Of a stretch of 64,000 nucleotides of DNA, positions 58,174 to 64,000 are shown piece after piece. Both the position numbers and the translations under genes were made by a program. Each line of letters starts with the position of its first letter. The stretch's first letter is position 1. Source of the stretch: Alphaproteobacteria bacterium (lineage in GTDB: Bacteria > Pseudomonadota > Alphaproteobacteria > GCA-2746255); NCBI GenBank assembly GCA_965249135.1, contig OZ252220.1, forward strand, positions 736,001 to 800,000. The letters run 5' to 3'. The notes below the pieces were generated by a model, which saw nothing but the letters and a program-made list of their open reading frames with translations, was not told where the DNA came from and did not search any database.

Positions 58174-59388
58174 ATGGACTACAATCGCTATTTTGCGGAA
58201 GCCATCGCCGGCCTGAAGGCGGAAGGCCGCTATCGCGTCTTCGCCGACCTCGAGCGGACGCAGGGCTCCTTTCCGCGGGCTTTCAAGCATCTCGAGGGCG
58301 GCAAGATGAAGGAGGTCACCGTCTGGTGCAGCAACGACTATCTCGGCATGGGCCAACACTCCCAGGTGCGCGAGGCGATGGCCGAAGCCCTGGCGACCCA
58401 TGGCGCCGGCGCCGGGGGCACGCGAAATATCTCGGGCACCCTCCACCACCACGTGCTGCTTGAGCACGAGCTGGCCGACCTCCACGGAAAGGAAGCCGCC
58501 CTTCTCTTCACCTCCGGCTACATCTCGAACGAGGCGGCGCTCAGCACGATCGCCAGGCTGCTTCCCGACTGCATCATCTTCTCCGATGATCTCAACCATG
58601 CCTCCATGATTCAGGGCATTCGCCACAGTGGCGCGCCCCGGAAGATTTTCCGCCATAACGACGTGGCCCATCTCGAGGAACTCCTGCGCGAGATGGAGCC
58701 GGCCAGGCCGAAGCTGATCGCCTTTGAATCGATCTATTCGATGGACGCAGACGTGGCACCGGTCAGGGCAATCTGTGACCTTGCCGAAACCTACGGCGCG
58801 ATGACCTATCTCGACGAGGTCCACGCCGTCGGCATGTACGGGCCACGCGGTGGCGGCATCGCGGAGCGCGAAGGCGTCATGGACCGGATCACGATCGTCG
58901 AAGGGACCCTGGCGAAGGCCTTCGGCGTAATGGGCGGTTACATTGCGGGTTCCGCCCCGCTCGTCGATGCGGTTCGCAGTTTCGCGCCCGGCTTCATCTT
59001 TACGACGGCGCTGCCGCCGGTGGTCGCCGCCGGCGCCTTGGCAAGCGTGCGCCACCTCAAGGTGAGCGATTCGGAGCGCAGGCAGCATCAAGAGCGTGCC
59101 GCGACCTGCAAACGGTTACTCGCGGAAGCAGGCCTTCCCGTCATGCCGTCCGAAAGCCACATCGTCCCGCTGATCGTCGGCAACGCACGGCTTTGCAAGC
59201 AGGCAAGCGACATCCTGCTCGAGGAACACGGCGTCTATATCCAGCCGATCAATTACCCGACCGTGCCGAAGGGGACGGAACGGCTGCGTATCACGCCGTC
59301 GCCCTTACACACGGATGCGATGATGGCGCACTTGGTCGCGTCCTTGCTCGATGTCTGGAATCGTCTGGAATTGCAGCTCGCCGCTTGA
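58174..59388 (+). CDS. hemA: 5-aminolevulinate synthase
   Basis: [30 protein letters not shown] and GTLAKAFG motifs. Confidence 0.98.
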   Translation: MDYNRYFAEAIAGLKAEGRYRVFADLERTQGSFPRAFKHLEGGKMKEVTVWCSNDYLGMGQHSQVREAMAEALATHGAGAGGTRNISGTLHHHVLLEHELADLHGKEAALLFTSGYISNEAALSTIARLLPDCIIFSDDLNHASMIQGIRHSGAPRKIFRHNDVAHLEELLREMEPARPKLIAFESIYSMDADVAPVRAICDLAETYGAMTYLDEVHAVGMYGPRGGGIAEREGVMDRITIVEGTLAKAFGVMGGYIAGSAPLVDAVRSFAPGFIFTTALPPVVAAGALASVRHLKVSDSERRQHQERAATCKRLLAEAGLPVMPSESHIVPLIVGNARLCKQASDILLEEHGVYIQPINYPTVPKGTERLRITPSPLHTDAMMAHLVASLLDVWNRLELQLAA

Positions 59389-59405
59389 GTTAAGGCGGCC
59401 ATCCT

Positions 59406-60395
59406 TCAGTTTCGGCCCTCCGGCAGACCGAGCAGGATCTGCACCCACCGGCTCGGTCCCCGCCTCGGCGGCGGGTAGTACGGCCGGTATTCCATGACGC
59501 CTTCCGGATCCTCGTGAATGAGGATTTCGGCCTCCGGATACGCCTCGGCAATTTTCTTTTCCACCTCGTCCGCGATCTTATGGGCGTGGCGCAACGTCAT
59601 CTTGCCATCCAGCTCGAGGTGAAGCTGGATGAAGACGGTCGTCCCGGATTTCCTGGTGCGAAGGTCGTGGAGATCCTCCACCTCCGGATGAAAACGGACG
59701 AGTTCGCGGATTCGCTCGCGATCCTCTTCGGCAAGCTCGCGGTCCATGAGCGGATCGAGCGAAATAAAGGCGATCTTGCCGGCCGTTCGCAAAAGGTAAA
59801 GCGCGATCGCCGCCCCGAAGATCGGGTCCACCATTTGCCAGCCGAAACTCGAAGAAAGCACCAGCGCCAGGATCACGCTGCCATTGATCAGCACGTCGCC
59901 CTTGTAGTGAAGGGCATCGGCGCGGATGGCGATGGAGCCGGTCTTGCGTACGACGGTGCGTTGAAAATAAACAAGGCCAATCGTGACGACGGTGGCAAAC
60001 ACCATGACGGCGATGCCGACTTCCCCGTACAGAATGGCCTTCGGATGCACCAGCCGATGGCCGGCCTCGATCAGCAAGAACACGGCCGAGCCGGCGACGA
60101 AGGCGGCCTGGCCAAGCCCGGCCAGCGATTCCGCCTTGCCATGTCCGAAGCGGTGCTCGTAGTCGGCCGGCTGCAAGGCGTGCCGCACGGCGAGCAGGTT
60201 CACGAAGGAGGCCCCGAAATCGAGCAGCGAGTCGATGAGCGAAGAAAGCAGGCTGATCGAATCCGTAAGCCACCAGGCGGCCACCTTGACGAGGATAAGC
60301 AGGAGCGCCACGCCGATGGCCAGCGTCGTCGCAAGCCGCATGAGGTTTGCGTTCTCGTCAGAAATCACCATCGATTTTTGGGGGGTTGTAGCCAA
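59406..60395 (-). CDS. fieF: Cation diffusion facilitator (FieF/YiiP-like)
   Basis: DSLLD, HRFGHGKAESLA, ADALHY.GD, HDLRTR and IHEDP motifs; start TTG 60395 or ATG 60371. Confidence 0.9.
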   Translation of the reverse strand: MATTPQKSMVISDENANLMRLATTLAIGVALLLILVKVAAWWLTDSISLLSSLIDSLLDFGASFVNLLAVRHALQPADYEHRFGHGKAESLAGLGQAAFVAGSAVFLLIEAGHRLVHPKAILYGEVGIAVMVFATVVTIGLVYFQRTVVRKTGSIAIRADALHYKGDVLINGSVILALVLSSSFGWQMVDPIFGAAIALYLLRTAGKIAFISLDPLMDRELAEEDRERIRELVRFHPEVEDLHDLRTRKSGTTVFIQLHLELDGKMTLRHAHKIADEVEKKIAEAYPEAEILIHEDPEGVMEYRPYYPPPRRGPSRWVQILLGLPEGRN

Positions 60396-60411
60396 GGCTT
60401 TTTCCTGCGGG

Positions 60412-61002
60412 TCAGGGGTAGAGTCGTTCCACCCGCCATCCATCTCCATCCCGATCATACACCAACCGGTCGTGCAGACGGAACGCGGCCTGACCCCAAA
60501 ACTCGATCCGCTCCGGCAGGACGCGATAGCCCGACCAAAAAGGGGGACGCGGCACCGCGCCTACCCCGAACTTCAGCGTAAATTTGGCAACGCGTTTCTC
60601 AAGCTCGAACCGGCCTTCGAGAGGGCGTGATTGTGCCGATGCCCAGGCACCGATTTGGCTCAAGCGATCGCGGGTTGCGAAATAGGCATCCGCCTCTTCG
60701 TCACTTACCGGCTCGGTCGCGCCGGTGATTCGTACCTGGCGGTCGATTGACTTCCAGTAGAAGCAAAGGGCGGCACGGGGATTTTTTTGAAGTTCGTGGG
60801 CCTTGTCGCTCTCCAGATTCGTATAGAAGGTAAATCCGCGCGCATCCACCGCCTTCAGCAGTACCATCCGTGAAGCAGGCGTGCCATCGGCACCGACGGT
60901 GGCAAGCGCCATCGCATGTGGGTTCTTCGGCTCCGATGCGCAAGCCTCCCCGAACCACGCCTCGAAAAGGGCGATCGGGTCCCTCTCCGGGTTTTCAAAC
61001 AT
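60412..61002 (-). CDS. pdxH: Pyridoxamine 5'-phosphate oxidase
   Basis: [23 protein letters not shown] and RLHDR motifs. Confidence 0.97.
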   Translation of the reverse strand: MFENPERDPIALFEAWFGEACASEPKNPHAMALATVGADGTPASRMVLLKAVDARGFTFYTNLESDKAHELQKNPRAALCFYWKSIDRQVRITGATEPVSDEEADAYFATRDRLSQIGAWASAQSRPLEGRFELEKRVAKFTLKFGVGAVPRPPFWSGYRVLPERIEFWGQAAFRLHDRLVYDRDGDGWRVERLYP

Positions 61003-61066
61003 GCTGCCGTTTCGAAGCCTCTTTCGGGTTACCCGCCGAGGTTAAAGTCCGATTCCCGGCTGCGCG

Positions 61067-61909
61067 TCAAGACATCTCCGGCGGGCCCTTGCGCCAATCC
61101 CCGATCGCCGCAGTCAGCACGCCGCCCGCCAGCACGGCAAACCACTACACGAACATCCAGACAAGAAAGATCGGGATGGCCGCAAGCGCGCCGTAAACTG
61201 CCTCATAGGTCGGGAACGTGGCCAAGTAGATTCCGAAACCCTTTTTCGCGCCCTCGAAAAGAAAAGCCGCAACGGCGCCGCCGATCAACGCATCTCGCCA
61301 ATTGACCTCGCAATTCGGGATGACAATATAAAGAAGTGCAATGGCGATGGTTCCCAAAAGGAACGGCAGGAACCGGAGAAAAGAACGAATGTTCTCCACA
61401 ACCTCGCTGCCAAACCATTCCGTCGCCGCAAAAAGATAGCCGGAGACGGAAAGGCCGGCGCCGATGAGAAGCGGGCCAAGCGTCATCACCGCCCAATAGG
61501 CAAGCAGGCGCGGAACCAGCTTCCTCGGCACGCTCACATGCCAGATCTGATTGAACGTCTTCTCGATCGTGGACAGCAATAGGATGGCGGTGGTGAAAAG
61601 AAACAGAAGGCCCACCGTCGTAAGTTCGCGGGCATTTTCCGCGAACGTCGCAAACTTGCTCTTGATCGCACCCTCCAAATGCGGCGCGAAGTTCTGAAAG
61701 AAGGGGGCATAAACCTCGTCCCTGGATTGATCGAGGCCGGGAAAAATGGCGAACGCCGAAAGACCGATCGCCATGAGTGGGACCATGGCAAGAAGCGAGG
61801 TGTAGCTGAGCGCCGCCGCCGCCTGCTCCAAACGGGTTTCCGAAAACCGATGGCGCAGAAAACGCAAGAAAGACCGGAGCCGTGCAAGGATCGCAAGCGG
61901 TGATTCCAT
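61067..61909 (-). pseudogene. YihY/BrkB family membrane protein with in-frame amber stop in last TM helix
   Basis: AAALSYTSLLAMVP and VYGALAAIPIFLVW motifs; TAG at 61145-47, frame continues WFAVLAGGVLTAAIGDWR... to TGA at 61067. Confidence 0.8.
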
Positions 61910-62075
61910 CGCATGAGCATAGGCCGCTTGCCTCGTCTGGAAAAGTCGTGAGCCTTCCTTGGCGCTGGCTTGGACCCCTTTCGGCTTTCGTGTAGGATAT
62001 CACTCGTTCCTGCGGGCTTTGCGAAATCCGTCCTGCGGTCGCATCTGAAGTCGAACAAGACGCCAAGAGAGAAAA

Positions 62076-62888
62076 ATGAGCAGCAAAACGCAAGTGATGG
62101 CCGGAAAGAAGGGGCTCATCATGGGCGTGGCCAACGACCGCTCCCTTGCCTGGGGCATCGCCAAGGCCGCCGGCGACGCAAGCGCGGAACTTGCGTTTAC
62201 CTATCAGGGCGAAGCTTTGGCGCGGCGCGTCGGACCGCTCGCCGAATCCCTGGGCTCCGATTTCGTCCTGCCGTGCGACGTCACGGACGATGCCAGCATC
62301 GATGCGGTGTTTGCGAACATCAAGGAGCGTTGGGGAAAAATGGATTTCCTCGTGCACGGAATCGCCTATTCGGACAAGGAACAACTAAAGGGTCGTTACC
62401 TGGATACGACCGAGGACAATTTTGCCATGACATTGGCGATTTCCTGTTACTCGTTCACTGCCGTCTGCCAACGCGCCGTCCCGTTGATGTCCGACGGTGG
62501 CAGCCTGCTGACCCTGACTTACACCGGTGCCGAGCGCGTCATACCGCATTACAACGTCATGGGAGTCGCCAAAGCGGCACTCGAGGCAAGCGTGCGCGCC
62601 CTGGCCGTCGATCTGGGGCCAGAGAACATCCGCGTCAATGCCATTTCGGCGGGGCCGATCAAGACGCTGGCCGCATCCGGCATCGGCGATTTCCGCTACA
62701 TTCTAAAGTGGAACCAATACAACTCGCCACTCCACCGCAACATAACGATCGAAGATGTCGGCGGCGCCGCCCTTTATCTGCTGAGCGACCTTTCCTCCGG
62801 CGTCACCGGGGAAATCCATCACGTCGATGGCGGCTACAACGTCGTCGGGATGAAGGCAGAAGACGCGCCGGATATCTCCGTCGTTTAG
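62076..62888 (+). CDS. fabI: Enoyl-ACP reductase FabI
   Basis: GVANDRSLAWGIA, YNVMGVAKAALE, ISAGPIKTLAA. Confidence 0.98.
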   Translation: MSSKTQVMAGKKGLIMGVANDRSLAWGIAKAAGDASAELAFTYQGEALARRVGPLAESLGSDFVLPCDVTDDASIDAVFANIKERWGKMDFLVHGIAYSDKEQLKGRYLDTTEDNFAMTLAISCYSFTAVCQRAVPLMSDGGSLLTLTYTGAERVIPHYNVMGVAKAALEASVRALAVDLGPENIRVNAISAGPIKTLAASGIGDFRYILKWNQYNSPLHRNITIEDVGGAALYLLSDLSSGVTGEIHHVDGGYNVVGMKAEDAPDISVV

Positions 62889-62897
62889 GATCGGATT

Positions 62898-63968
62898 ATG
62901 ACTGGGAACAGCTTCGGGACCCTCTTTCGGTTCACGACCTGGGGGGAAAGCCACGGACCTGCCATCGGCGGCGTCGTCGATGGCGTGCCGCCGGGCCTGG
63001 CCCTGACGGAAGCCGATATTCAGGTCTGGCTCGACCAACGGCGGCCGGGAAGCTCGCGCTTTACGACCCAGCGCCGCGAAGCCGATCAAGTCAAGATTCT
63101 CTCCGGCGTCTTCGAAGGCAAGACGACGGGGGCACCGATCAGCCTTCTTATCGAAAACACGGATTCCCGCCCGAAGGATTACGACGCGATCAAGGACGTC
63201 TTCCGTCCGGGACATGCCGACTATACCTACTTCAAGAAATACGGCATCCGCGACTACCGGGGCGGGGGCCGTGCGTCGGCACGGGAGACGGCCATTCGCG
63301 TCGCCGCCGGTGCCATCGCCCGAAAGATCTTAGGCGCGCACATCGTCATCCGCGGCGCGCTCGTCCAGATGGGACCGCTGAAGGTGGATGCGGAGCGCTG
63401 GGACTGGGACGCCGTCGGACGGAATCCCTTCTTCTGCCCCGACACCAAGCTGGCAAAGGAACTGGAATCCTACCTCGACGGCATCCGCAAGGCGGGCAAC
63501 TCCGTCGGTGCCATTATCCATCTCGAAGCATCCGGTGTGCCGGTAGGGCTTGGCGCGCCGGTTTACGACAAATTGGACGCCGACCTCGCCAAGGCGATGA
63601 TGAGCATCAATGCCGTCAAAGGGGTCGAGATCGGCGCCGGTTTCGCGGCTGCCTCGCTCTCGGGCGATGAGAACGCCGACGAAATGCGCATGGAAAACGG
63701 CGAGGCGACCTTCCTTTCCAACCATGCCGGCGGCGTTTTGGGTGGCATCTCGTCGGGCCAGCCGGTCATCGTGCGCTTCGCCGTGAAACCGGCAAGCTCG
63801 ATTACGGTCTCGAGACGGTCCGTCGACCGCGCAGGGAAAGACGTCGATGTCGCGACGAAAGGCCGCCACGATCCGTGCGTCGGCATTCGCGCCGTCCCGG
63901 TGGGCGAGGCGATGCTGGCAAACGTGCTGGCGGATCACTTGCTCCGTCACAAGGCGCAGTGCGGCTAA
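62898..63968 (+). CDS. aroC: Chorismate synthase
   Basis: [23 protein letters not shown] and GRHDPCV motifs. Confidence 0.98.
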   Translation: MTGNSFGTLFRFTTWGESHGPAIGGVVDGVPPGLALTEADIQVWLDQRRPGSSRFTTQRREADQVKILSGVFEGKTTGAPISLLIENTDSRPKDYDAIKDVFRPGHADYTYFKKYGIRDYRGGGRASARETAIRVAAGAIARKILGAHIVIRGALVQMGPLKVDAERWDWDAVGRNPFFCPDTKLAKELESYLDGIRKAGNSVGAIIHLEASGVPVGLGAPVYDKLDADLAKAMMSINAVKGVEIGAGFAAASLSGDENADEMRMENGEATFLSNHAGGVLGGISSGQPVIVRFAVKPASSITVSRRSVDRAGKDVDVATKGRHDPCVGIRAVPVGEAMLANVLADHLLRHKAQCG

Positions 63969-64000
63969 GCCTTCGCCTTAACCTTCGAAGCGGGCGGCAA

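Noticed and set aside
61145-61147. Genome-wide TAG reassignment
   Set aside because: TAG ends rpmG, rpsF, rpsR, aspS, rnd, lptF and others at their expected positions
1-64000. tRNA, rRNA, riboswitch, IS, prophage or defence systems
   Set aside because: No recognisable signatures by eye and intergenic gaps are short; a covariance-model scan would be needed to exclude small RNAs, for example at 57900-58170

Overview
GC-rich alphaproteobacterial core chromosome, inferred from Rhodospirillales-like gene order. About 65 tightly packed genes, in order: pyrB-pyrC'-plsY-dprA-topA-rnr-S41 protease-rpmG; a cell-cycle/c-di-GMP block (pleD-divK, eipB, a GGDEF gene with a sigma54 promoter, a SPOR lipoprotein with a CtrA box); aspS/rnd; the hdaA operon with purMN; ndk-holC-pepA; lptFGD-surA-pdxA-rsmA; gmk, an inserted aryl-alcohol dehydrogenase, mltG, fabF-acpP-fabG-fabD; rpsF-rpsR-DUF2232-rplI-cfa-dnaB-alr-mlaEF-radA-cvpA-purF-SDR; der-bamB-yfgM; a microprotein locus next to hemA; fieF-pdxH-yihY; fabI-aroC. 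I saw no tRNA, rRNA, CRISPR array, prophage, integrase or transposase, and I cannot claim a clearly new multi-gene system. Points worth follow-up: (i) three small genes absent from the ORF track (rpmG, cytochrome aa3 subunit IV, a 49-aa unknown) and a 77-aa two-repeat membrane microprotein with rich upstream operator structure; (ii) a 330-bp regulatory region with a 19-bp tandem repeat, ftr/FlbD-like sites and a near-consensus sigma54 promoter driving a diguanylate cyclase; (iii) three single-base lesions in envelope genes (eipB T-tract, cfa G-tract, yihY amber) and a purM with no canonical start codon; (iv) a pyrC lacking its His-x-His zinc ligands. All calls come from motif recognition by eye; no database search was run.
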